Below are positions 19,601 to 28,548 of a stretch of 64,000 bases of DNA, piece after piece; within the stretch, counting starts at the first letter, position 1; each line of letters starts with the position of its first letter. The stretch comes from Carpediemonas membranifera BICM (taxonomy: Eukaryota; Protista; Fornicata), in assembly GCA_019828565.1 (NCBI GenBank), contig JAHDYR010000004.1:406619-470618 (forward strand), written 5' to 3'. The translations under genes were made by a program, and so were the position numbers. Under the pieces are notes generated by a model that was given only the letters and a program-made list of their open reading frames with translations, had not been told where the DNA came from and ran no database searches.

Positions 19601-20775
19601 CCGACGACGACGAGGAAGGGGCCGTATATGCCGTAGTCGGCGAGACTGGCAAGGAAGGCCAGCGTCTGTATCGTCTTGCCGCACCCCATGTCGTCAGCGA
19701 GAATCACACCGGGCTGGCCCACAACAAACGCAGCCCGCAGCCAGTTGACGCCGTCGAGCTGGAAGGGCAGCAGCTCGCCGTGCACATGGGGCGGGGTTCG
19801 CGTCAAGTTCTTAAAGTGCCCCAGGGCCGTCTCGTGGTAGTAGTCGCGCGCCTTCGGGGCCACGGTCTTGCGGTGGCGGGGCGGGGCCCGGGAGTGCGGG
19901 TCCGTCTTGAGCAGCGCGGCGCGGTGGAGGAGCACAGGAAGCTCGGGGCAGGCGTACGCCGGAGACGCCTCGATGGCCTTGCTGGGCGGCATGCCGATGT
20001 ACTTGATACGGACGTCGGACGAGCCCTCGATCGGGTAGACGACCTCGGGGATCATCAGCCGTATGGGCAGCCCGAAGCTGTGCAGCACGGCCCTGCGGTG
20101 GACCAGGAGCGCCCCAATGCGGGCCGCCTCGCTGACGTCCTCGGCGCCCTCGTCCTTGGGCAGGGGCGAGGCGGGCACCTCGTCGTCGTCTGCGGCCTCA
20201 CCGTGGACGACCATGGTGCCCTGTTCGGATTCGCGGTCCAGCCAGGCGAGGAAGTCGTCCTCGTCGTCCTCGGGGGGCTTGCAGTTGCGGTGGCGTTCAA
20301 ACCCGCCCAGTTTCATCGGTGCGATGATCTTGAGCCGGTACCGGGAGATGAATATGCTCGTGACGTAGGGCTCGTCGACCATGCGGCACAAGTACTGCAC
20401 ACGCTCGTCGGGGTCCATCTCCGCAGCCTCCAGGTTCATGCGCACATCGTCCCGGACGCGCTGTTTCTCGATCATCTCGGTCATCTCGGACAACGTGAGC
20501 ACGCGCCGGCCGTAGATCTCGGCAATGTTGTCGCCGTTGCCTGTATCATGCACGCAACGGTGGCAAGAAGGCTCATCGTCCAAAATGGGTTCGATATCCA
20601 GCCCACAGATGGGGCACTCCCCCTCGTTCTCGTAGTCGCTGTCGGATGCGGTGGAGGAGCCGCTGTCGGTTTCGGCATCATGCCCTTCCCTTGGAAGATT
20701 CATCAATGGCTCCCAACGGCCATTAATATGCTCGCGTTCAAGCTTCTTGCGCCTTTTTGCGAGGAGGACCTCCAT
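16654..20775 (-). CDS. CHD3/Mi-2/PICKLE-like SNF2 chromatin-remodelling ATPase
   Basis: LLPFQLDGVNWL, ILADDMGCGKTIQ, IVDEAHRLK, LLTGTPMQN, NLLMQLRKCCN, FLLSTRAGGEGLNL, DSDWNPHRD. The C-terminal HGFTEPERRA and W...LD..IVVGMARHG segments are typical of CHD3/4. Confidence 0.9.
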   Translation of the reverse strand: MEVLLAKRRKKLEREHINGRWEPLMNLPREGHDAETDSGSSTASDSDYENEGECPICGLDIEPILDDEPSCHRCVHDTGNGDNIAEIYGRRVLTLSEMTEMIEKQRVRDDVRMNLEAAEMDPDERVQYLCRMVDEPYVTSIFISRYRLKIIAPMKLGGFERHRNCKPPEDDEDDFLAWLDRESEQGTMVVHGEAADDDEVPASPLPKDEGAEDVSEAARIGALLVHRRAVLHSFGLPIRLMIPEVVYPIEGSSDVRIKYIGMPPSKAIEASPAYACPELPVLLHRAALLKTDPHSRAPPRHRKTVAPKARDYYHETALGHFKNLTRTPPHVHGELLPFQLDGVNWLRAAFVVGQPGVILADDMGCGKTIQTLAFLASLADYGIYGPFLVVVGLSVLDNWAAEARKWCPDMHVVPFYGDKADREALMELELTPAIKGKRRIDIVLTTYNQVILSGAKLAKLIYPVMIVDEAHRLKSESSQLRKQLQQYTLAVPSTVTTSRKQGMVLLLTGTPMQNTIGELHTLLKFIDPKKFPSMEDFVGTEDADPSMMLDAAIGQLEDIHKKLRSVMLRRRKQDVLPHLPPKKELLVPVDMLPEQRIMYRHILEAGIDPTTRKLKMACSNLLMQLRKCCNNGLLTDNRFKETLMDMLDNGTPEDTLKRILSMSGKMSTLVTILHALIKRGDRFLVYSQFTSTLDLIAQVLELEGIEFVILDGRVSRSDREESILRFNNENIPVFLLSTRAGGEGLNLVQANTVIIFDSDWNPHRDIQALCRTHRVGQQRPVHVFKLVTRGTVEEKILAKAKSKLVADHVVVKRMDRATLTETEIQELVKFGARKLFEDDAQPDGESTIVYKEADILSMVSTVDDLETQSAQERNALSKAFHAKQREAQLARIGSVIGEWEGVDGINLARFDQDVSEGEAEDVDLFKAFELADYKETADVGDDNAFWQGILKSYAEKEEKQRAIKRSARKTRLYKRAFDSGDDDEGDEYEYHSQTPEPTPVDAPLEPGELAARSMRAVAMQRMARRKHVPLVVHGFTEPERRALFSFLRNRGDIDLAAEWDYIKQNQGLASITLKGALSHPSEDLVKASADMALQVREIAEMEPMVRADRGTLANGDEIEPFMRGVPNIEMIAAHWHLTRLIKPVARKIVGTHTYAAFTVPLPTAGNAASKDEGVTEWSAACDDPNMRFDPSSWLTRLVRDDYVNCFPLMGMDLDLCRLVQDQTSPSPTWPVGLDNRIVVGMARHGIDNGALLFDRTLGIMETLAALPEHRTSGHKDLRSVIQNRMRLLRKLLLNILDPDLWAQHNRIYQSRVNAIQNNITAGHGYQARVRPAQPQPQTQPVQQVQAQPGQQRVTGSIVQSTTTGEPAEVIEID

Positions 20776-21161
20776 TGTGCGCGCGGGTTATCGATTTAAG
20801 GGCATCGCTTAAATTCATCACTTGATCCTGACCAGACTGACTCGCCATTCAGTCCAAACTATGTGTCACAGCTCAAAATGCGGCCAGTGACCCATAATGG
20901 CTTTGGCGGGCTCGCGCGCCTTTCCCGGCTGACACCAGCGATGGCACTGTCGACCCCGCCACGCACCCCAAGGAGGGCTGCAGCATGGCGAATGATAAAT
21001 AAACAGTGCCATAGATCACGGCTGAGCATCACTCGGCACTCCACGAGCGGCCACGTCACCCCGATCCGGATGAGGTCCGATCTCGGAGATCCGCGCTTGA
21101 CCCGGCCTGAGTCACCAGACCGCAGGAACCCAAACCCGTGCTATTTACAGCAGCGTGACTC

Positions 21162-22710
21162 CTAGAAGTCGAACCCGCCCGCATCGTCGCTGAGGTCGCC
21201 GACGTCGTCGCTAAAGTGCTCCTGGAGGAGTGTCTGGGCCGTATTGCTCACGGACGCGTACTGGTTATACATGAGCGACGAGAGCAGCTGGACACCGCCC
21301 ACGGACTCGACGATGGACGTGGCGTCCGGCCTCTTGGTGAGGATCCGGGAGACGGCCTCGAGGAGGAGGGACTTGGTCTTGTAGTTGGTGATCGACTTCA
21401 GGACTCGGAACAGAGTCTCGAGGGCGCCGCAGTCGAGGAGATGCTGCATCTGCTCGTCGTTGCAGGCGACGGTGTAGTTCATGACGATCCAAGAGCACTC
21501 GGTGGCGACCTCGGGGACGTCGTGCTCCATGGTCCGCAGCACGATGGGGACGGCGTTATGGTCCACAAACACCTTCAAGTGGTCCTGGCTTCCCGCCACG
21601 ATGTTGGACATCGCCCAGGCCACTTCCCTGCGGACAGAGGGCAGGGCCGACTGGAACAGCCGGAGCATACCGGGGACGACGCCGCAGGAGACCAGGTAGT
21701 CTGCGACGGTCTTGTCGTTGGTGGACATGAGGTTCCCGAGGCATCTGAGGGAGGCAGAGTTGAGCTTGGCGTATGGGATGGCCATGTAGTTGACGATCAT
21801 GGGGGTCAGGTTCTCCTTGACGATGACAGCGATGTCCTCGTCATCACCGTCTGCAATAAAGGAGAAGAAGAAGATGATGTCCACCAGGATGTCCAGCTCG
21901 ACCGTGTCCCGCTGCTTGGTGGGGTCGACCTGCACGGATCTGAAGACGTTCGCGCAGAGGGGCACCAGCTTGGTCAGCTCCTTGATGTCCTTGGAATCCT
22001 GCAGTGGCGTCCGTGCGATGTTCGATACGGCCCAGGTGATGTTACGGAGGTGTTTTCGGTCCATCTGCCGCCCGAGGACCGTCACCATCGAGTCGACGAT
22101 GCCCATGCGGATGATGTTCGAGCGGTACTGCACGCCCTCGCCGGCTATATTTGCCAGAGCCCAGATGGCCTGCTCCGCGAGCTGAATGTTCTTGGTCTTG
22201 TGGATGGTCTGGATCAAGCGGGGCACGGCGCCGGCCTTCACCACAGTCAGCGCGACGGCGCTCTCCCTGCTGGCGATGTTTGTGAGGATCCAGCAGGCCT
22301 CGTGGGCGTGTGAGTCGGAGTCGCAGTTGGCGAACGACGCCACCCGTTTGATGACGTCGCGGCGCACGAGAACCTCGTAAACGTTCACAGATCGGCTCTT
22401 GCGTCTGGAGATGAGCTTCCGGATGGCTACGAGGCCCACGAGCGTGTCGTCCGGGCTCGGCTGGAGGAGCATGTCCGCAAACGACATGATGACGTCCTCG
22501 TCGACAACATCGGGGAGCTCAACGTCAATGGTCTGGATCGGAGGCTCCTCAGACATGTCAGCACGGGACGATTCGAGCATCTCCTCGCGTTTCTTCTTCC
22601 GAAGGTCAGTCACGCTCTGCTTGATGCTCTTACGCTGAAAACTGTTCTGAAATCCTCTTCTGTGTTACAAAAGGCAGTGGTACTACGAACCTCACGTTCC
22701 TATCGTCCAT
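21162..22710 (-). CDS. Importin alpha (karyopherin alpha); exons 22710-22691 and 22659-21162
   Basis: IBB-like LRKKKREE; ARM repeats EACWILTNIAS, EQAIWALANIAGE, WAVSNI, LRCLGNL, REVAWAMSNIVAG; ends GGFDF. Confidence 0.93.
22660..22690 (-). other. 31-nt intron (importin alpha)
   Basis: GTTCGT...GTAACACAG; removal supplies an ATG start (MDDRNVRRGF...) to an ORF that otherwise begins at GTG. Confidence 0.85.
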
Positions 22711-22964
22711 GTCCAACAAACACGACGGATGCCAGAAGTGTCCAATTTTTCACGCATCTTTCCGACCACGACTGAGCAAAGGCGGAGAGACTCAGCTGAT
22801 GTGGCCTGACCGTGTATCTTGCTCGGTTGAGGTCATCTTCAGAATACCGAGAACACTGCCGACGTTCTGCCGCACCACACAACCGGGAGCAAGGAATGCA
22901 GCGTCAGGCCATATACCTACCTACCCCCATCCCGTTGCTCAGCCAGGCGCCAGTACTCTAGATT

Positions 22965-25898
22965 ATGCCCAGGATCTTTATCTCGCGCAAGCAAAGGAGC
23001 GAAATGCCCACCTTCCCTGTTCTCAAGATCGGTGAGCTCACTGACCTTGCCTATGGCAAGGATGAGCTTGCTTTGAGCTCAAATGACGCCGATGAGGGGT
23101 CACAGACCACGTCCGTTGATTGCAAGCCTCAATTCGAGCATGTGACTAATCCTGCCTCTGTTGAGGACTGTTTGGCGCCTGAGGTTGCACGTGCTATCCT
23201 CGTCTCTCGTTTCTCCAAGATGGAGGCGTCCTACGAGGTCCAGCTCCGTGTACAGTCCGTCATCAACAATGCCGATGCTGCCCCGGCCCTTCCTTCCTCC
23301 AGCCCTGCCGACTGCCTCACCGCCCTTGTTAAGTGTATCGGCGGCAATGGCATGCTGATCGTCGGCCATGAACTGGTGTCGTCCGAGTCGTTTGGGTTCA
23401 AGACCCCATGCTTCTCCGAGGAGACGGCCGCAGCCACCGTTGCCGCCACCATCGCCCCCGCATCGGCTATTGCTGCCCTCGTAGCCGCCAACCTCCGCGC
23501 CATCGGCCCCGTGTGCGACTTTGCCGCTGCCCTTGAGTGTGAGCTGCAGCCCGTCGCCCCCAGTCACACCGGGCCCTCGGCCGTCGACTTCCTGACCTCG
23601 GGCTTCGTCGCTGACTGCATGACTGCGGACAAGGGCGCATTCACCAGCGCCCAGCGGATCTCAGAGGCCATCCGTGGCTCCAAGATCGCGTTCAACCCCG
23701 AGATCGCGACACACCCCGCTCTGGAGCCCGTCCCTCAGGCCCACGGCGCCCTGATCAACGCCGCTGCCGCGTTGTACTCGGCGACCCGCACGGAGCTCGC
23801 CCTCAAGGACGACCGCGTGATGCCCGCCGTCTCGATGACGACCGCGTGGCTCAGAGCCACAGCAGAGGCCTGCAACGGCGTCACTGCCCTTTCTAACGAG
23901 CGTATAGAAACCATGCACGGCGAGGAGCCCCTCACCATGCCGCCCGTGACCATCGGGGACGCCATGGCCGAGGCCCTGGTCGCGTACACCGCCTCCGAGC
24001 TGATGCGGAGGGCCATCGGCCGCGAGATGACCGCTGCTGTCCGCGCGCTGAACGGCGTCTGCACTGAGAAGCGCGAGGAGCGCATGGCTAAGCAGGCCGA
24101 CAACGACATGAAGGCCAAGGCGCTGCTCAAGGACCGCATCGCTAAGGCCGGCCAGGAGGCTGCCGACAAGGCCGCCGCCAAGGGTCAGGACGAGGCAGCT
24201 GTCGCCAAGGCCCGCGCCGACGCTGAGGCGAAGAAGCGTAAGAAGGAAGAGGAGACGCTGGCCAAGCGGATGAAGAAGGCCAAGCCCAGCCCCCTCGTCG
24301 CCATCGGGGACAAGGCATACCGTCTCTTCACGGCCCTCTGCCCCCAGTCCGAGACGGAGCCGACGGACATCGACGTCGTCCAGGTCGCCGGTGCCAAGGC
24401 GGTCGACCTGACCGGGCCGATGCCCGCGGCCATCGAGCTCGAGCTGAGAACCACGGCCACCGTGTTCAAGCCGGCCAAGGGCACGCAGGACTACGGACCG
24501 CGTCAGATGAGGGTGCGGGAGCAGGTGTTCCAGACGATCAGACGCGTGTTCAAGCAGCACGGCGCCTGCGAGATCGACACGCCCGTCTTCGAGCTCAGGG
24601 ACACGCTGATGGGCAAGTACGGCGAGGACAGCAAGCTCATCTACGACCTCGAGAACCAGGGCGGCGAGCTGCTCTCCATGCGGTACGACCTCACCGTCCC
24701 CTTCGCCCGGTACGTCGCCAACCACGCCGTGCCCGAGATCCGCCGCTTCCACATCGGCAAGGTCTACCGCCGGGAGAACCCCAACATGGCACGGGGCCGC
24801 TTCCGCGAGTTCTACCAGTGCGACTTCGACATCGCGGGCCAGTTCGGGCCGATGGTGGCTGACTCGGAAGTCATCACGACCCTGGTCGACTGCCTGCGGG
24901 CGCTAAAGGTCGGGCCGTTTGACTTCAAGCTGTCCCACCGCGGTCTGCTCGACGCCATGCTCACCGTCTGCGGCGTCCCCGACGACAACATCAGACCGAT
25001 CTGCTCGGCCATTGACAAGCTCGACAAGGCGCCCTGGTCCGAGGTCAAGGAGGAGATGCTCGCCAAGGGCCTCGCCGAGGACTCAGCCGACCGCATTGGC
25101 TACATCGTTGCCGACTCCGCAGAGGAGGGCAACCCCTTCATCGGCACCCTGCCCGCGGTCATGAAGACATTCGCCGCCCTCGCCAAGGCCGATGAGGCCA
25201 AGATCTGCGAGGTGATTGGGCTTGAGCTCAACGACACCACGCGCCCCAAGGCGACCGTCATCAAGGCCCTCCTCGCCAACAAGCGGGGCCAGGCCGCACT
25301 CGCTGACATGCGTATGCTGGCCTCCTACCTTGAGGCGTCCGGCGCGGCGTCTAACGTTGAGTTCAACATCAGCCTGGCTCGGGGGCTCGATTACTACACC
25401 GGCGTCATCTACGAGGCCGTTGTCAAGGCCGTGGACGCGGACGGCGAGGAGGTCCGCGTCGGCTCCATCTCTGCCGGTGGCCGCTACGACAACCTCGTCG
25501 GCATGTTCGGCAAGAAGCCCATTCCCGCCGTCGGCGGCAGCATCGGCGTCGAGCGCGTCTTCCGCATCAAGGAGGCGATGGTCGAGAAGAAGTCCCGCGC
25601 CCCCAAGGTCGACGTCAGCCGCGTGGTCGACGTCTTCATCCACACCGATGACACCCTCGCTGACATGCGCATCGCCAAGGCCCTCAGGGCACAGGGCATC
25701 TCATGCGAGTTCCCATACAAGAAGATGGGCAAGAGCGACCTCGACAAGATGGTCAAGAACGAGCTGACGTTCCAGACGGAGGTCACGGCCGGGCAGTGGA
25801 AGGGCGTCGAGGGCGACCTGCCCCTCAAGACTAAGGGCGACCTCGACATCGCTGCCGCACTCGTCGGCTCTGGCTTTGTGGTCGAAAAGAACGAGTAA
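22965..25898 (+). CDS. HARS1: Histidyl-tRNA synthetase with a long N-terminal HAL-like extension (start may be 23004)
   Basis: KPAKGTQDY, IDTPVFE, GKYGEDSKLIYDL, LSMRYDLTVPFARY, GRFREFYQCDFDIAG, LARGLDYYTG, GGRYDNLVGMF, GSIGVER. Confidence 0.96.
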   Translation: MPRIFISRKQRSEMPTFPVLKIGELTDLAYGKDELALSSNDADEGSQTTSVDCKPQFEHVTNPASVEDCLAPEVARAILVSRFSKMEASYEVQLRVQSVINNADAAPALPSSSPADCLTALVKCIGGNGMLIVGHELVSSESFGFKTPCFSEETAAATVAATIAPASAIAALVAANLRAIGPVCDFAAALECELQPVAPSHTGPSAVDFLTSGFVADCMTADKGAFTSAQRISEAIRGSKIAFNPEIATHPALEPVPQAHGALINAAAALYSATRTELALKDDRVMPAVSMTTAWLRATAEACNGVTALSNERIETMHGEEPLTMPPVTIGDAMAEALVAYTASELMRRAIGREMTAAVRALNGVCTEKREERMAKQADNDMKAKALLKDRIAKAGQEAADKAAAKGQDEAAVAKARADAEAKKRKKEEETLAKRMKKAKPSPLVAIGDKAYRLFTALCPQSETEPTDIDVVQVAGAKAVDLTGPMPAAIELELRTTATVFKPAKGTQDYGPRQMRVREQVFQTIRRVFKQHGACEIDTPVFELRDTLMGKYGEDSKLIYDLENQGGELLSMRYDLTVPFARYVANHAVPEIRRFHIGKVYRRENPNMARGRFREFYQCDFDIAGQFGPMVADSEVITTLVDCLRALKVGPFDFKLSHRGLLDAMLTVCGVPDDNIRPICSAIDKLDKAPWSEVKEEMLAKGLAEDSADRIGYIVADSAEEGNPFIGTLPAVMKTFAALAKADEAKICEVIGLELNDTTRPKATVIKALLANKRGQAALADMRMLASYLEASGAASNVEFNISLARGLDYYTGVIYEAVVKAVDADGEEVRVGSISAGGRYDNLVGMFGKKPIPAVGGSIGVERVFRIKEAMVEKKSRAPKVDVSRVVDVFIHTDDTLADMRIAKALRAQGISCEFPYKKMGKSDLDKMVKNELTFQTEVTAGQWKGVEGDLPLKTKGDLDIAAALVGSGFVVEKNE

Positions 25899-26113
25899 AT
25901 CAACGGATTGGCGGCATTTGTCTGATTTTATCGTTGCCGATAGATCCAATTTGATTCAATTAGATGCGGCTCAGGTCGTGACCAAACCAGACCAGGCAGA
26001 TGCAGCCAGGGTCAGCTATGGGCGCCGCGGCAGGAGGGGATCTGATTTGGGGAATCTCTAGATCTTGGTCCACAACCGTTTCGAGACGGAAGACCAATAG
26101 TCACAGGCAGCAA

Positions 26114-26915
26114 ATGGGTGCAAACGTAACAATGCCAAGCAAGAACGATCTGAACGCTACAGCATACAATGGCCATGCCAATAGGACCACGCATGTTCAA
26201 ACTCCGCGTGAGAAGCTTGTTCCTGTTCAATTGACGTGGAATCATGGTGGACAGTCCGTTTTCGTCACCGGATCGTTCAGTAGATGGCGTGAACGTGTTC
26301 CACTAACCAGGAGCGAGCATGACGAGAGATCGTGGAGCGCACAGGTTCCCATGCCCGGCGGGCCAACACAACTACAAGTACATCGTGGACGGCGAGTGGC
26401 GCGCTGATACCTCACAGCCCACCCGCTGCGACGCCATCGGGAACGTTAACAACATCGTCACGGTCGAGGAGATCGAGGAGGACACCGCCGACCAGGAGTA
26501 CTCACAAACCATCCCCACCATCGGCCTGGGTCTGTTCGCGGAACCCAACAAGCAGCCTGGCATGCTGCCGAGGCCGCTGGACCACACGCCGCTCAACCGG
26601 CAGCAGCAGGACACCGGCAAGATCTACCTGGACCCTGCCCTGGGCGGGGCATCGCCCAAGGCAAAAGGCCAGCGGGACCCCAGCCTGCTCCCCCTACCAG
26701 AGCATGTGGTGCTGACACATTTATACCGGGCAAACACGCCAACGCTGACCCACTATGGGTTGACCGTCAGGCTGCAGCGGAAGTTCGTCACCACCATCGT
26801 CTACTACCACTCTGCTGGCGTGTTGATTGAGCGGCAGCGACTCAGCGAAGAGGCGATGCTGAGCGGGCTCCCGCTGCGTGTCGACGAGACACTGAGCCAG
26901 TGTTGCGCAGTATAA
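26114..26915 (+). CDS. PRKAB: AMPK/SNF1 beta subunit, with an apparent single-base frameshift near 26354
   Basis: MG N-terminus. CBM48: PVQLTWNHGGQSVFVTGSFSRW..VPLTRS in one frame, then GQHNYKYIVDGEW..D..GNVNN in the next. ASC domain DPSLLPLPEHVVLTHLY...RKFVTTIVY. Confidence 0.88.
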
Positions 26916-26974
26916 ACACATTGTTTGACCCTTCAATAGCACAAAGCGCGAATCCTTAACCTGCTGCAAGAGCA

Positions 26975-28393
26975 ATGAGTAGCAACGTCAACACCGATGC
27001 ACTGGCAGCGGGAAACAAGGAGAAGCTATATGCAGCATGGCATGTGGTGGCGAATTCGGTGTTTGCTGCCTCCGTTTCGCTCTCAGCCATCCTCGTTGTG
27101 ACGTATCCCGCCATTCGCCTCGGGGTGTTCGCCTTCGGGCACGACGGGGACCTATTGGACAAGTCCACGGGCTACATAGCCATGAACAGCGCCGTGATGA
27201 CCTTCATGACGGCTCTCACGCTCTTACTTATTCTTACACCCGTCATCGTTGCCTTCGGAGCTCTCTTCCGCATCATGACGTACGGCCTCATCCTGATGGT
27301 GTCCGCCATGATCCAGTTCATCGCCATGCTCGTCCTTGGTCTGGCTGACGTCGCCTTCGCCGCGGACCTGACGAGCACGTTCTTCGTCCATTCACCGGCC
27401 CACATCCTCGCTCTGCCCTGCATCCTGCTGCTCGCATTCGCCGCAATGCGCTCGGGACGTGTGCGAGGCCTGACGATCATCCTCCTGCTGGGCACACCGC
27501 TGCTCGTCTACACCCTCGTCGACACCCTTGCCCTGCCAGTTGCCCTCCACCCAGACACGCCTGTGGCCGTCAAGGCGGTGCTCAGGATTGTTGTTGTGGC
27601 GGCCATCGATGCCCTGACGGTGGTGCCGACCCACGTGGCCCAGCTGACACACACCCGGGCGCCGCCCCTGACTAGGCCCGCCCTCATCATGCCCATGTCG
27701 ATGCTTCGGCAGCTGTTCGGCCAGATGATGCTTATAGACGACGACCTCAGATCCCAGCTGATCCTGGTGTGCGTGGGCGTCGTCCAGGACGCGGTGACGC
27801 TGCTGGCATACCCACCGTATGCCCACTTCGCCCACACCTTGTTCCACCGTGTGTTCCACGACAAGAGATCCGGCGCATTTCCCGCGCTAGCCCACATTAG
27901 GGTGCACGACGTCCTTCTCGAGATCCTCCTCCGGCCGTCGGGGCCCGTTGAGTTGAAGGGCCACACGCCTGACACGGCATTCGACGAGAGACGCCACTGG
28001 CTCGAGCTCTTCGCCCAGACCATGTCCGTCTTTGCCGTGGGGGCGGCCCGGCTGGCGTGTCTCGACCTCATGGACGGCACCGTGGACGCCGTCACGGCCC
28101 TGGCCCCCGCGTTCATAGCCATGGTGACCATGGCTGTCTCGTACGTGCTGCTCAGTGTCATCAGGCTCATCGTGCTGGACTTCGTCTTTGCCCAGCAGTC
28201 CCGCCGCTTCATGGGCAACGAGCGCGTCCTCGCCCAGTTCGCCCTCAGGGCCAGCGTCGCGACGGAAGGGGACGCCGGACTGGAGAACCCGCTGGTGATG
28301 CTGACGAGGCTCGTAGTGGCCCTCTGGATGGGCGTGTTCGTCAGCTACCGCGTCATCTGGCGGATTAGGCGGGCGGCCTTCATGGTCATGTAG
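26975..28393 (+). CDS. Multi-pass membrane protein of unknown function (472 aa)
   Basis: ATG ORF with many hydrophobic helices; no family motif recognised. Confidence 0.75.
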   Translation: MSSNVNTDALAAGNKEKLYAAWHVVANSVFAASVSLSAILVVTYPAIRLGVFAFGHDGDLLDKSTGYIAMNSAVMTFMTALTLLLILTPVIVAFGALFRIMTYGLILMVSAMIQFIAMLVLGLADVAFAADLTSTFFVHSPAHILALPCILLLAFAAMRSGRVRGLTIILLLGTPLLVYTLVDTLALPVALHPDTPVAVKAVLRIVVVAAIDALTVVPTHVAQLTHTRAPPLTRPALIMPMSMLRQLFGQMMLIDDDLRSQLILVCVGVVQDAVTLLAYPPYAHFAHTLFHRVFHDKRSGAFPALAHIRVHDVLLEILLRPSGPVELKGHTPDTAFDERRHWLELFAQTMSVFAVGAARLACLDLMDGTVDAVTALAPAFIAMVTMAVSYVLLSVIRLIVLDFVFAQQSRRFMGNERVLAQFALRASVATEGDAGLENPLVMLTRLVVALWMGVFVSYRVIWRIRRAAFMVM

Positions 28394-28548
28394 CATGCCC
28401 TGGCCCGGATGGATTTGACTGGAGGGAAAGGGCCCCGTGCATGGTGGGCCGGCAGGGCTGCTGGCGGTGGAGTCGGGCTAGCCTTAGTTCCCCGTAAATT
28501 TGCGATTCAGTTTTTGGAAGAACCGAGCATCCTCACCCATACAAAACA

